Of a stretch of 64,000 bases of DNA, positions 48,800-60,276 are shown piece after piece. Source of the DNA: an uncultured Gammaproteobacteria bacterium (GTDB lineage: Bacteria; Patescibacteriota; Microgenomatia; Levybacterales; GWA1-39-11); the NCBI GenBank assembly GCA_964409875.1, contig CAYPEN010000002.1:274630-338629 (forward strand). The letters run 5' to 3'. The number at the start of each line of letters is the position of its first letter. Positions within the stretch are counted from its first letter, which is position 1. Under the pieces are notes generated by a model. It made no database searches, was not told the DNA's origin, and saw nothing but the letters and a program-made list of their open reading frames with translations. The position numbers were made by a program, and so were the translations under genes.

Positions 48800-49423
48800 C
48801 TACTCCTTGTAAAAATACGCCCGCCCGGTAACAGACGCAGCAAAGGTGCTTGATATTTGTTTTCCGGTCTGTAGTTTTTCTATTTTAATTATCCTTCCCA
48901 TATTTACTAAATCCAGAATGAATTGGTTCACATCCTTTTCTGCGCCTTCCACTCCTATTGTGAAAATGAATGAAAATATCGGCTTGTTGGGATTTTTGGC
49001 CGGATATAGTTCCATAAGTCCTGTATCCAATTTCTTGACGACAAGAGTGTTTTGGATTGACAGATTTTCCAATTGACGGGTAAGTTCTGCAACCTTGGGA
49101 CTTTGGGGAATTGCATTATCAATCAGGTTCAAATCCGGTTGGATTTCAACATACTGGGCGCTTAATGATTTAAGTGCTTCATTTTTATCCTTCAACTCCT
49201 TAAGTGCATCCTTTTCTTCGTTATATTTTTTATTAAGGTCTGAAATAGTTGTGACTGTCGGACCTATTGCAAAAATACCAAAAAATGAGAATGCCAAGAG
49301 AGAAAAGATTACGTACAGATAGGCTGTTGCTCTTTGTTTGTTCTGTTTTGCATTCAGCAAAAGATTGCCTTTGGCTATGAGCTCTTTTATCTCTTGGTTT
49401 ATTTTGTCTGCATTTTTGAACAT
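48800..49423 (-). CDS. pilO: Type IV pilus assembly protein PilO-like
   Basis: TM helix, coiled coil, AIP..P, F..DL...RII.IE; follows the pilN-like gene. Confidence 0.78.
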   Translation of the reverse strand: MFKNADKINQEIKELIAKGNLLLNAKQNKQRATAYLYVIFSLLAFSFFGIFAIGPTVTTISDLNKKYNEEKDALKELKDKNEALKSLSAQYVEIQPDLNLIDNAIPQSPKVAELTRQLENLSIQNTLVVKKLDTGLMELYPAKNPNKPIFSFIFTIGVEGAEKDVNQFILDLVNMGRIIKIEKLQTGKQISSTFAASVTGRAYFYKE

Positions 49424-49425
49424 AT

Positions 49426-49995
49426 TTAATTTGAGTTAGCAGGTTGAACTGCAAGAGTTTTTATGTCAATACGGGTTTTGAAGCGGACACCTGCGTCTAC
49501 TGTGTTAATCTCATCTATCGAGATGGCTGCAACAGCCGGGAACTTTTTCAGCTCATTCAGAAAATCCGTGAGTGTAATAATCGAAAACGTTGTACCGTCT
49601 ACCGTTATACTTTTATCACTTATTGAAAGAGTGGTTGAAAAGAAAGTGCCTGCACCTATGGCTTTTATCACTTCATTCATGATTTGAATTTTTTCCGATG
49701 TTTCACCGGTTGTTGTTTTTATGTCTTTCAGCCTTTCTTGTATGCTTCGGTAGGTTTTTTCATCAGCTGATTGTGCTGCAATATATACTTCTTGTGTTTT
49801 TATTTGGTCGTGAAGGTCGACTATTTGCCTATCAATTACAAATCTATATCCAAGCGCACCAAGTGCTACCAGCTCAATACCTACGATGATTGCCCTTCCC
49901 GCATCTATTGTCCACCCGTATACCACTTTCCCAACAGTCTGTTTGCCAGCGGAACTAAGATTTATGTTTATCTTTGGAGATGTTCTTTTTGCCAT
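49426..49995 (-). CDS. pilN: Type IV pilus assembly protein PilN-like
   Basis: ININL start, TM helix, coiled coil, ferredoxin-like C-terminus. Confidence 0.72.
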   Translation of the reverse strand: MAKRTSPKININLSSAGKQTVGKVVYGWTIDAGRAIIVGIELVALGALGYRFVIDRQIVDLHDQIKTQEVYIAAQSADEKTYRSIQERLKDIKTTTGETSEKIQIMNEVIKAIGAGTFFSTTLSISDKSITVDGTTFSIITLTDFLNELKKFPAVAAISIDEINTVDAGVRFKTRIDIKTLAVQPANSN

Positions 49996-50102
49996 ACCAA
50001 AACAAGCGCAACCTTTAATTTTTTACGCTCTGAAATCAGTGTAAAGTTTTTGCGATAGTTTGTCAAAGAAAAACTGACGAAAAATGAGGCTGAAAGAGAA
50101 AA

Positions 50103-50414
50103 TTATTTGGAGGTCTTTTTTGTTGGAGCTTTCTTGGGGGTTGCTGTTGCAGCGGTTTTTTTCGGAACTTTAGAAGCAGTAGGTTTTGCAATCTTCGTAA
50201 GGGTTGATTTCATACGCGCAGCTTTATTTACGTGGATAATTTTGTTTTTTGCTGCTTTATCTACAATGGAAACGGCTTGGGCAACTGCCTTTCCGCTTTT
50301 TGATTTCTTTGCCTTAGAAACGGCTGACTTAAGGCTTGAGCGTAGAGCATCATTTTTCTTTTCGCGCTTACGGTCTTGTCTTAATTTCTTAATAGCTGAT
50401 TTAATGACTGGCAT
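50103..50414 (-). CDS. rpsT: 30S ribosomal protein S20
   Basis: MPVIKSAIKKLRQ, DKAAK..IIH.NKAAR.KS. Confidence 0.96.
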   Translation of the reverse strand: MPVIKSAIKKLRQDRKREKKNDALRSSLKSAVSKAKKSKSGKAVAQAVSIVDKAAKNKIIHVNKAARMKSTLTKIAKPTASKVPKKTAATATPKKAPTKKTSK

Positions 50415-50420
50415 ATATTC

Positions 50421-50499
50421 TTCTGTTTACTTCATTTGTTTCGCAACATGCTTTGGACATATTGTTTCGCAACATGCTTTGGACATATTGTAAACAGAA
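50421..50499. repeat. Exact 26-bp tandem duplication enclosed by a 10-bp inverted repeat in the rpsT leader
   Basis: TTGTTTCGCAACATGCTTTGGACATA at 50436 and 50462; TTCTGTTTAC (50421) / GTAAACAGAA (50490). Confidence 0.85.
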
Positions 50500-50591
50500 C
50501 TTGGTTATTCTAACATGGATAATGAGTAAATTCAAGAAAAGAAGCCTCAAAAGTGATTTTGTTTTTAACTTCCAACAATTATAATTAATTC

Positions 50592-52244
50592 ATGGTAAAA
50601 GATATTTTCAAGAAAGGGCTTCAGGCGCTGACTCAAAAACAGTCCAATATCTTTACAGCTGCCTTTTTTATCGTGGCTACCACCATATTTGGACAGATGT
50701 TAGGCATTCTCAAATACCGGCTGTTAGTAGCTCTTTTTGGTGCTTCAAGCGATTTGGGGGTATTTTTGGCTTCTTTTAGAGTTCCTGACTTTCTTTTTCA
50801 AATTTTTATAACCGGAGCATTATCTACATCTTTTATTCCTTTGTTTTCCGATTTTATTTCGCAACACAAAAAAGAGGAGGCAAATAAATTTACATCTGCC
50901 ATACTCAACTATGGAATAGTAGCCTTTGTTATCATTTCACTTTTCATCATCATTTTTGCCCATCCGCTTGCAAAAGCGGTGGCACCGGGTTTTTCCGATA
51001 GCGAGCTTGGGCTTATGGCAAATTTGATGATAATAATTCAACTCTCTGAGGTATTTTTTGTGGTAGGAACTGTGTTTTCTGGCGTGTTGCAGTCCTATCA
51101 GCACTTTCTCGTCCCTGGTATTGCTTCTGCTCTTTACAATCTCGGCATAATACTCGGCATTATTGTTCTTTCCGGAATTTTTCATTTAGGAATATATGGC
51201 GCGACATTAGGAGTTGTTATCGGTTCTTTTTTCTTTTTTGTCACACAGCTGCCGCTTCTTAAAGGAACAGGCTACCGATACCAATTCACGTTTCACCGAG
51301 ACGAAGCGGTAAAAAAAATTGGCAAGCTTATGCTTCCGCGTTCCCTGACACTTCTGGTGACTCAAATTGCTATAACTGCTAATGTCTTTTTTGCGTCTTT
51401 TACCACATCCAGAGGCCTTGTTGTTCTTGAGTTGGCACAAACATTAATGCTTGCGCCGGTACTTTTGTTTGGACAGTCAATCGCGCAAGCATCATTTCCG
51501 TCGTTGTCGATGAAATCAAAAGATCCAAAAGAATTCGTTTCTATTTTTGTTTCATCATTAAACCAAATTATGTACCTTACACTTCCAATTAGTGCTCTGT
51601 TGGTTGTGTTAAGAATTCCAATAGTCAGGCTCTTTTTCGGTGCACAGAGATTTGATTGGGATGCGACCGTTCTGACCGGATTGACGTTAGCACTTTTAGG
51701 AATTTCAATTGCCGCACAAAGTGCGATATATCTTTTCTCACGAGCTTTTTTTGCACTGAAAGACTCCCAAACGCCCTTCTTTATCACCCTGTTTTCAGTA
51801 ATAGTTAATGTTTCCCTATCCTATTACTTCATTTTAATTCTTAAGCTCCCTGTTTATTATTTAGGTATCTCTTTTACAGTCGGAAACATTATGAGTTTTA
51901 TTCTCCTTCTTATTACCCTTAATGCCAAAATTACATTACCAAAGCTTGAAATTGTTATAACGACTATGAAGATTTTAACAGCAACTTTTGTTATGGGTGT
52001 GGCTCTCTATATTCCGATAAAGCTCTTAGACCAACTTGTTTTTGATACAACAAGAACGATTAATTTAGTGATACTGACAGGTATTGCCTCCGGGACGGGA
52101 ATTGTTGCCTACATATTTTTTACATGGCTTCTTGACATAAAGGAGGCGTACTACATTATTGCCGTCGCAAAGCAATTTAAAAATAAAGATAAGATAATAA
52201 AACAGATTGGAGAGCTCCTCGAAGGTTCGAAAGTAAACCCATAA
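50592..52244 (+). CDS. murJ: Lipid II flippase MurJ/MviN
   Basis: SFRVPD, GALSTSFIP, MLPR, RAFFA.KD..TP; many TM helices. Confidence 0.92.
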   Translation: MVKDIFKKGLQALTQKQSNIFTAAFFIVATTIFGQMLGILKYRLLVALFGASSDLGVFLASFRVPDFLFQIFITGALSTSFIPLFSDFISQHKKEEANKFTSAILNYGIVAFVIISLFIIIFAHPLAKAVAPGFSDSELGLMANLMIIIQLSEVFFVVGTVFSGVLQSYQHFLVPGIASALYNLGIILGIIVLSGIFHLGIYGATLGVVIGSFFFFVTQLPLLKGTGYRYQFTFHRDEAVKKIGKLMLPRSLTLLVTQIAITANVFFASFTTSRGLVVLELAQTLMLAPVLLFGQSIAQASFPSLSMKSKDPKEFVSIFVSSLNQIMYLTLPISALLVVLRIPIVRLFFGAQRFDWDATVLTGLTLALLGISIAAQSAIYLFSRAFFALKDSQTPFFITLFSVIVNVSLSYYFILILKLPVYYLGISFTVGNIMSFILLLITLNAKITLPKLEIVITTMKILTATFVMGVALYIPIKLLDQLVFDTTRTINLVILTGIASGTGIVAYIFFTWLLDIKEAYYIIAVAKQFKNKDKIIKQIGELLEGSKVNP

Positions 52245-52322
52245 TTTTTGTTTTCCTGGTATAATGAACACGCTCCACGGTTTGACTTTTCAGTTGTTGC
52301 CATGGCACAGAGAGGGAATACG

Positions 52323-54083
52323 ATGAATAATATTCGGAATTTTGCCATCATTGCGCATGTTGACCATGGGAAGTCAACTCTTGCTGACCGTTTTTTGGCG
52401 ATGACAGGGACTCTGTCAGGGAAAGATCTTAACCAGGAACAATTTCTGGATAGTAACCCAATTTCGCGGGAAAGAGGAATTACTATAAAACTTGCGCCTG
52501 TTCACATGAAATATACCTTTGGAGGACAGGATTATATTTTAAATCTTATTGATACTCCGGGGCACGTCGATTTTTCGTATGAAGTGGTCAGAACGCTCTA
52601 TGCATGCGAAGGGGCAATATTGGTTGTTGATGCTACAAAGGGAATTCAAGCGCAAACGGTGAGCCATTTCAATGTAGCAAAAAACCTAGGACTTACCATT
52701 ATTCCTGTTGTTAACAAAGTTGACTTGGATAGTGCTGAGGTTGAAAGGGTTGAGAATGAAATTATTGAGTCTTTCGGTTTTGAAAAAAGTGAAATACTAA
52801 GAATTAGCGCAAAAACGGGTCTAGGAGTCGAAAAATTAATTGAAATTCTTATTAAGAAAATCCCTTCTCCAACGGGTAACGACAAAGAAAAAACACAAGC
52901 GCTTATTTTTGATAGCAAATATGATGAACACCGTGGGATTGTCATTTTTATCAGGGTGCGAAATGGTGAAATAAAGAAAGGTGATGAGATACTGTTCACC
53001 TCCGACAACTCTAAAGCACTTGTTATGGATGTTGGGTTCATGAGTCCTAACTTCATGTCATCGGAAATCCTTAAAAGTGGGGATGTAGGATATGTTATAA
53101 CCAACATTAAAGACATTACCCAAGCTAAAGTGGGCGACACAATGACTCTTGCAAAACATCCTGCAGAAAGCCTTCCCGGATACAAAGAGCAAAAACCATT
53201 TGTATACCTTTCGATTTATCCTACTTCCTCACAAGATTTTCAGAATTTACGTAAAGCCATTTATTCACTCAAGCTTACAGACGCAGCGCTTGTTATAGCG
53301 CCTGATTATTCAACGGTTTTTGGATCAGGATTTCGGTGTGGATTTTTGGGACTTTTACACTCGCAAATCATAATGGAGAGACTTGAGCGGGAGTATGATT
53401 TAGATGTTTTTTCAGCGCCCCCATCGATACTTTATTTGGTTGATGGGGAGGAAGTTTCATCTCCCAAGGATTTTGATATTTCTAAAAATGACATAAAAGA
53501 ACCTTTTATTTTGGGGGAAATCTATACTCCGTCCCAGTATTTGGGTGGAATTCTTGATTTGGTATATAAAGGACGTGGACAGGAGGGAGATGTTACGTAT
53601 TTTGGTAGTCAAGTAAGAATTCTTTTTGAAATGCCGTTGTCAAACATCGTATACGATTTTTATGATAAGTTAAAGTCTGCATCTGCCGGATATGCGTCAT
53701 TTGATTATGAGTTCTTGGATTATAGGAATTCGGATCTGGAACGGGTTGATATCTCCGTTAATGACGTTATCGTACCCGAGCTTTCCTTCATCGTTCATAC
53801 ATCCATCACCGAAAGTTTTTCCCGAAAAATTGTTGAGGCACTTTCCAAATCGATTCCAAAACATAGTTTTCAGATTGCGGTCAGAGCTCAGGTTGGCGGA
53901 AGAATTATAGCTTCTGAAAAAATAGGCGCTTATATGAAAGATGTTACTGCAAAATTATACGGGGGAGACAGAACGAGAAAAGACAAACTTTTGGACAAAC
54001 AAAAAGAAGGAAAAAGGAAAATGAAAAGTATCGGACGGGTTAATGTTCCAAAAGAAGCCTTCATGTCTATTCTTAAAGTTTAG
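52323..54083 (+). CDS. lepA: Elongation factor 4
   Basis: IRNFAIIAHVDHGKSTLADR, DTPGHVDF, GFRCGFLGLLH, KDVTAKLYGGD.TRK. Confidence 0.97.
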   Translation: MNNIRNFAIIAHVDHGKSTLADRFLAMTGTLSGKDLNQEQFLDSNPISRERGITIKLAPVHMKYTFGGQDYILNLIDTPGHVDFSYEVVRTLYACEGAILVVDATKGIQAQTVSHFNVAKNLGLTIIPVVNKVDLDSAEVERVENEIIESFGFEKSEILRISAKTGLGVEKLIEILIKKIPSPTGNDKEKTQALIFDSKYDEHRGIVIFIRVRNGEIKKGDEILFTSDNSKALVMDVGFMSPNFMSSEILKSGDVGYVITNIKDITQAKVGDTMTLAKHPAESLPGYKEQKPFVYLSIYPTSSQDFQNLRKAIYSLKLTDAALVIAPDYSTVFGSGFRCGFLGLLHSQIIMERLEREYDLDVFSAPPSILYLVDGEEVSSPKDFDISKNDIKEPFILGEIYTPSQYLGGILDLVYKGRGQEGDVTYFGSQVRILFEMPLSNIVYDFYDKLKSASAGYASFDYEFLDYRNSDLERVDISVNDVIVPELSFIVHTSITESFSRKIVEALSKSIPKHSFQIAVRAQVGGRIIASEKIGAYMKDVTAKLYGGDRTRKDKLLDKQKEGKRKMKSIGRVNVPKEAFMSILKV

Positions 54084-54096
54084 ATAGTAACTTCTC

Positions 54097-55206
54097 TTAG
54101 AGGGCGAGTAAGAAGACTCCGGCAATAATTGCAATTACAACGCCACCAATTATGCCTATTGTTTGTCCAATGCTTCCCGATGGGGCAATTGTCGGGGTTG
54201 CCGTTGGAATTGCTGTTGCTATAGGAGCAAGGGTCGGGGTTGCAGTGGGTGCAATAGTTGCAAGAGCACCGGCAACTGCGATGGGTTGGCTACATACACT
54301 ACTGACGGCTCCTGAATTATCAGTGAATACTGTGGTTGCTGTGAAATTGCCACCGGAAGTATAAGTATGTGCCATCTGAGCAGAAACCGAAGCTGTCCCC
54401 ATCCCAGCTACTACATCTTGCGAAATTCCATCCCCAAAATTAAAGGTAGCTTTTGAAATAGTTCCATCTGTATCACGGCCGGTTGCTGTGAGTGTTACCG
54501 ACAGAGGTGCTGAACCGGAGGAGGTTGATGATGACAAATTAATGCAAACAGGTGACTTATTGGCCGAGAGGGTAGGTGCGGCAGTGGGAGAAACCGTAGT
54601 GGTGACACTGGGTGAGGGGGATGTTGCGGTACACGCCTTTGGAGTAATTGAGAGCTGAAGGCCTGATGAGTTGCCCGCATTGTATACATTTTCCGATGCA
54701 CCGTCTTGTGTTGAGAGTGAGTAGACTTTCGTTCCATTAGAATCAATATCGAGCCTGATTACTCCACCCGAAGGGCTATAAGGTGGTTTTATGGTGATAA
54801 TTGCAAGTTCTGTAGTCGTTTGGATGGCATTTACACTGTCAGCTCCTGAAGTTCCGATACCGATAGTAAGGTTCATTCCGTCAGGTGTTGAGTCGGGGCC
54901 TTTAGTAACTTGAAATTTTGAGCTGGCTGGTGCGATATCGATATCGAACATTTTTTTATCCCATTTCAGCGCAAGCTGTACTCGGCTTACAATATTTTGT
55001 CCGGGATTAACAATAAGTTTGGTGGTTTGGGTATTGCTACATTGGTCAAAAGTAAGGCTTGGTGGATTGAATGAAAGTGTGGTGCTTGGAGCTGCGCTTC
55101 CGCGGGTGGATGTTTGGTTTTTGATAAAGTAGAGAGCTATCGGAATAACAAGAAGCAAGAATGCCAGATTGCCTAAAAGAAAATATTTATTTTTAAATAT
55201 GTTCAT
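54097..55206 (-). CDS. Surface protein with cohesin-like and PKD domains
   Basis: N- and C-terminal TM helices, G.APLSV, FNFGDG, HTYT..G, Thr/Pro linkers. Confidence 0.8.
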   Translation of the reverse strand: MNIFKNKYFLLGNLAFLLLVIPIALYFIKNQTSTRGSAAPSTTLSFNPPSLTFDQCSNTQTTKLIVNPGQNIVSRVQLALKWDKKMFDIDIAPASSKFQVTKGPDSTPDGMNLTIGIGTSGADSVNAIQTTTELAIITIKPPYSPSGGVIRLDIDSNGTKVYSLSTQDGASENVYNAGNSSGLQLSITPKACTATSPSPSVTTTVSPTAAPTLSANKSPVCINLSSSTSSGSAPLSVTLTATGRDTDGTISKATFNFGDGISQDVVAGMGTASVSAQMAHTYTSGGNFTATTVFTDNSGAVSSVCSQPIAVAGALATIAPTATPTLAPIATAIPTATPTIAPSGSIGQTIGIIGGVVIAIIAGVFLLAL

Positions 55207-55294
55207 GCCACTACATGCAGCAGGCAAATGCCTGCAATACGAGATGATATTAGCGTAGAAGATTTACATTCTTTTTGCAAGTTAACAAAACAAA

Positions 55295-55336
55295 TTAGCA
55301 GACCTCTTGACAAATTGATAATATGTGTTGTATAAA
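55295..55336 (+). promoter_or_regulatory. groESL promoter overlapped by a degenerate CIRCE-like element
   Basis: TTAGCAGAC-N9-AATTGATAA versus consensus TTAGCACTC-N9-GAGTGCTAA; TTGACA at 55307, TATAAA at 55331. Confidence 0.45.
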
Positions 55337-55379
55337 TATTGACGATTCATGATAGGAATTTTCAAAAGAGGTTACTAAT

Positions 55380-55682
55380 ATGGCAAAAACGACAGAAAAC
55401 ATCAAACCGCTCTTCTCAAACGTTTTAATAAAGCCTGTTGATGCTGAGGAAAAAACTGCATCCGGCATTATTCTTCCTGATAGTGCAAAGGAGAAGCCGC
55501 AAGTCGGACTCGTGATGGCGGTTGGTGAGGGGCATATTTCACCAAAGGGAGATAAGGAGAAAATGGTGGTAAAAGTAGGAGACAGAGTAATGTACAAGAA
55601 ATGGGGAGGAAATGAAGTAAAAGTTGGCAATGAAGAATGGACAATTGTAGAACAAAAAGATATACTCGCAATTCTCGGATGA
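55380..55682 (+). CDS. groES: Co-chaperonin GroES
   Basis: IKPL, KTASGIILPDSAKEKPQ.G.V.AVG.G. Confidence 0.97.
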   Translation: MAKTTENIKPLFSNVLIKPVDAEEKTASGIILPDSAKEKPQVGLVMAVGEGHISPKGDKEKMVVKVGDRVMYKKWGGNEVKVGNEEWTIVEQKDILAILG

Positions 55683-55772
55683 GTTTATACCGATAACTCT
55701 TGTTCAAATGTCCAACTGGCCATTTGAACTGAGACTCTCGGTATAATATACTCACAAGGACTTAAATTATAG

Positions 55773-57425
<1,653 letters not shown>

Positions 57426-57472
57426 TCACTACTTTTTGACTTCCCATATTTACAAGTTTATAATTCGAATCA

Positions 57473-57916
57473 ATGATAAATCCTGAAGCTCCAAAAAGAA
57501 CAAGATTACCTGAAGCAGGAGAGGCTGAAATGCTGCCAAAACCAACAGAAGGAGATATCTTATATGCTGGTCTTGAGTTTACTCTCCCAACTACACAAGT
57601 AACTGCAATCATTGATCAAAAAAGAGGGGGAGAATTAGATGGTGCGATTGAATCTATTGGTGAATCGTCAGGTATAAAATCAACCCAATTGTTGAGGCTT
57701 CATGTCGAAGATGTTTTAGCCACTCTTCCTGAAAAAGAAAGAAGAGCAGCTGAGCTTGGATTTGGTTTGTTGGATGGTAAGCAGAGATCAACAAAAGAAG
57801 TTGCACAGGAATTAGGTGTTTCAGAACGAACAGCACAAAGAAGAACAAGCTCCGCCATTGCAAAACTCAGAAATCCAGAGCGCGCTCAGAAAATTAGAGA
57901 TTTTCTTCAAGAATAA
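57473..57916 (+). CDS. Stand-alone sigma70 region 4 domain protein
   Basis: L.TL.EKER....FGL.DG...S..EVA..LGVS....LRNPER...RDFL resembles the RpoD C-terminus. Confidence 0.75.
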   Translation: MINPEAPKRTRLPEAGEAEMLPKPTEGDILYAGLEFTLPTTQVTAIIDQKRGGELDGAIESIGESSGIKSTQLLRLHVEDVLATLPEKERRAAELGFGLLDGKQRSTKEVAQELGVSERTAQRRTSSAIAKLRNPERAQKIRDFLQE

Positions 57917-57952
57917 TTTTCCAAAAACTGTTCTCCATAGTAAAATAGAGTC

Positions 57953-58795
57953 ATGATAGATGCGCATTGTCACATGCAGTTTCATAAATTCGAAGCGGAC
58001 TCGGATGCTGTTATAAAGGATGCTGTTGAAAAGGGGGTTACGACAATTGTTAACACAGGAACATCAATTGATTCCTCCAACAAAGCTGTCGAATTGGCCC
58101 AGGAATATGAGAATTGCTGGGCAATAGTCGGAATTCATCCTCATCATGCGGATAAAACCGACGAGGAGTTTGAAGGGTTGCCTCCTTCCGATTGGCTTGA
58201 ACAGCTTGAGATATTGGCAAAACAACCGAAAGTGATTGGAATTGGGGAGGTGGGGATGGATTTTTGGAATTACCGCACCAACGGGATTGTACCTGTCGAT
58301 TTGCAAGAAGATGCGTTCAGAAAACAAATAGAATTGTCGATAAAACTTTCACTGCCTCTTCAGATTCATACACGTCTTGCGTGGGATGAAACGCTTGCTA
58401 TTCTCTCGGATTACAAAAACCGACTGCAAAGTCCTCCGGGAATGTTTCATTGCTTTTCGGGGAGCATTGAGTTTACGAAGAAAGTATTGGGTATGGGGTT
58501 TTATGTAGGGTTTGATGGCAACATAACATACAAAGGAATTCCACCCGGCGAAGACACTCCTTTAATTGATTTAGTGCGGTATGTACCTATAGATAGAATC
58601 CTTACAGAAACCGACAGTCCTTTTTTATCCCCTATACCATTACGGGGCGAGCGGAATGCACCGGCAAATATTCGCATTATCTTAGAGTTCATTGCCAATG
58701 CAAAGGGAATTTCATATAATACATTAGAAGCTCAAATTGAGCGTAATTTCCAAGACGTTTTTACAGTGAGAAGCCATGCACCAAACACTCGATAG
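57953..58795 (+). CDS. tatD: TatD family DNase
   Basis: IDAHCH, GIHPH, IGEVGMD, IHTR, FHCFSG, ETDSPFL. Confidence 0.95.
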   Translation: MIDAHCHMQFHKFEADSDAVIKDAVEKGVTTIVNTGTSIDSSNKAVELAQEYENCWAIVGIHPHHADKTDEEFEGLPPSDWLEQLEILAKQPKVIGIGEVGMDFWNYRTNGIVPVDLQEDAFRKQIELSIKLSLPLQIHTRLAWDETLAILSDYKNRLQSPPGMFHCFSGSIEFTKKVLGMGFYVGFDGNITYKGIPPGEDTPLIDLVRYVPIDRILTETDSPFLSPIPLRGERNAPANIRIILEFIANAKGISYNTLEAQIERNFQDVFTVRSHAPNTR

Positions 58796-60275
58796 ACTAT
58801 TTACCCGCTACCCGATAAAATCCCGGCGCGCGCTTGAGATAATTCCCCCTGTTATAGCATTATTTCTTATCACAATGCCGGTGTGGGGAGCCTATTTTTT
58901 TCCGGTCGCTCTTTCTTACTTCATCATTTTTTTTGATGTCTACTGGTTTTATAAATCAGTTCATCTTGTCATAATGTCATTTATTGCGGCGCGCAAAATC
59001 AGAAGTGCGGAGCACACCGATTGGCTTTCAAAGGCAGAAGTCCTTCCCAATTTCTCCAAAGTCGCACATCTTATTGTCATTCCAAGCTATAAAGAGAGTT
59101 ACGAAAAAATAAAAGAAACAATTGATAGCATAGAAAGACAGTCATTTCCAAAAAAGCAGATGTATATCTATATGGCATTTGAAGCAAGGGAAGAAAATGT
59201 CTCACAAAAAGGGGAGCGGTTGAAAAAAGAATATGGCCATATTTTCGGAGGGTTTTACTACACGCTTCATCCTGATTTACCAAATGAAGTGAAGGGAAAA
59301 TCTTCAAATCAGGCATATGCTGCAGCTGATGCTTACCGGACACTTGTTACGTCGGGAAAACTGGATATCAATTACATGACAGTTACCTCATCCGATGCCG
59401 ATGTACTTTTTGACAAGGCATTTTTCTCATACCTTGCGTATTCTTTTTTGACAGTGAAAGATCCGCTCTATACCTTCTGGCAATCGGCAAATGTAACGTA
59501 TAATAATTTCTGGCAAGTACCCTCATTTACGAGGGTTATCTCATTTTTTGGGAGTCTATGGAGAACGTCGGTTCTTGTTCAGCACGCCAGACTGGTTCCA
59601 AATTCCGTTTATTCATTGTCTTATAAATTGCTTATGGAAATTGGCAATTGGGACGTGGATGTTATTCCTGAAGACTACCGTGTATTTTTTAAAGCATTTT
59701 TCAAAACGAAAGGTAGAGTCGTTGTTGAACCTATATTCCTTAAAACATCCATGGATGCTGCGCAGTCGTACTCATACAGAAAGAGTCTTATGAATAAATA
59801 CCATCAGGAAAGACGTTGGTCCTGGGGAGTAGCAGATGATGCGACCTATGTGAAATGGTATTTGACAGTGCCGGGAGTTCCTTTCTGGCGAAAGACTATG
59901 CTCGTTTTTAACGTTCTTATTGACCATATTTTATGGCCGGTTAATTGGTTCATCATTACGGTTTCGGCAAATCTTGTTGCGCTCGTCAATCCGGTATTTA
60001 CAAGAACCAGTCTTGGGTATACTTTGCCACAAATTTCGGCTTTTATCTTAACACTCTGTTTGTTATCAATATTGGCTATGATTTATGTCGATTACACTTT
60101 GGGTCCCAAAAGGAATCAGGAAAAGCATTCGAAATTAAGAAAAATACTTTTTCCATTGGAATTCCTTTTTATGCCGGTTGCAGGTTTTTTCCTCTCCGCA
60201 CTTCCCGCTCTTATCTCACACATCCAGCTTATTATTGGTAAAAGGCTCGAGTACAAAGTGACAGAAAAAGTATAG
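58776..60275 (+). CDS. Family 2 glycosyltransferase, membrane-bound
   Basis: IPSYKE, KGKSSN, DAD, PED, Q.RRW.WG. Confidence 0.88.
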   Translation: MHQTLDRLFTRYPIKSRRALEIIPPVIALFLITMPVWGAYFFPVALSYFIIFFDVYWFYKSVHLVIMSFIAARKIRSAEHTDWLSKAEVLPNFSKVAHLIVIPSYKESYEKIKETIDSIERQSFPKKQMYIYMAFEAREENVSQKGERLKKEYGHIFGGFYYTLHPDLPNEVKGKSSNQAYAAADAYRTLVTSGKLDINYMTVTSSDADVLFDKAFFSYLAYSFLTVKDPLYTFWQSANVTYNNFWQVPSFTRVISFFGSLWRTSVLVQHARLVPNSVYSLSYKLLMEIGNWDVDVIPEDYRVFFKAFFKTKGRVVVEPIFLKTSMDAAQSYSYRKSLMNKYHQERRWSWGVADDATYVKWYLTVPGVPFWRKTMLVFNVLIDHILWPVNWFIITVSANLVALVNPVFTRTSLGYTLPQISAFILTLCLLSILAMIYVDYTLGPKRNQEKHSKLRKILFPLEFLFMPVAGFFLSALPALISHIQLIIGKRLEYKVTEKV

Positions 60276-60276
60276 A

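Noticed and set aside
48765-48806. GGAGTAG/CTACTCC fold-back on the pilO stop as another micro-cassette
   Set aside because: Only 7 bp, and no displaced direct copy of the gene end was found
52248-52322. N-terminal extension of lepA, or a duplicated start (ATGAAC/ATGAAT)
   Set aside because: LepA homology starts at 52323; the match is 5 nt and the hairpin is weak
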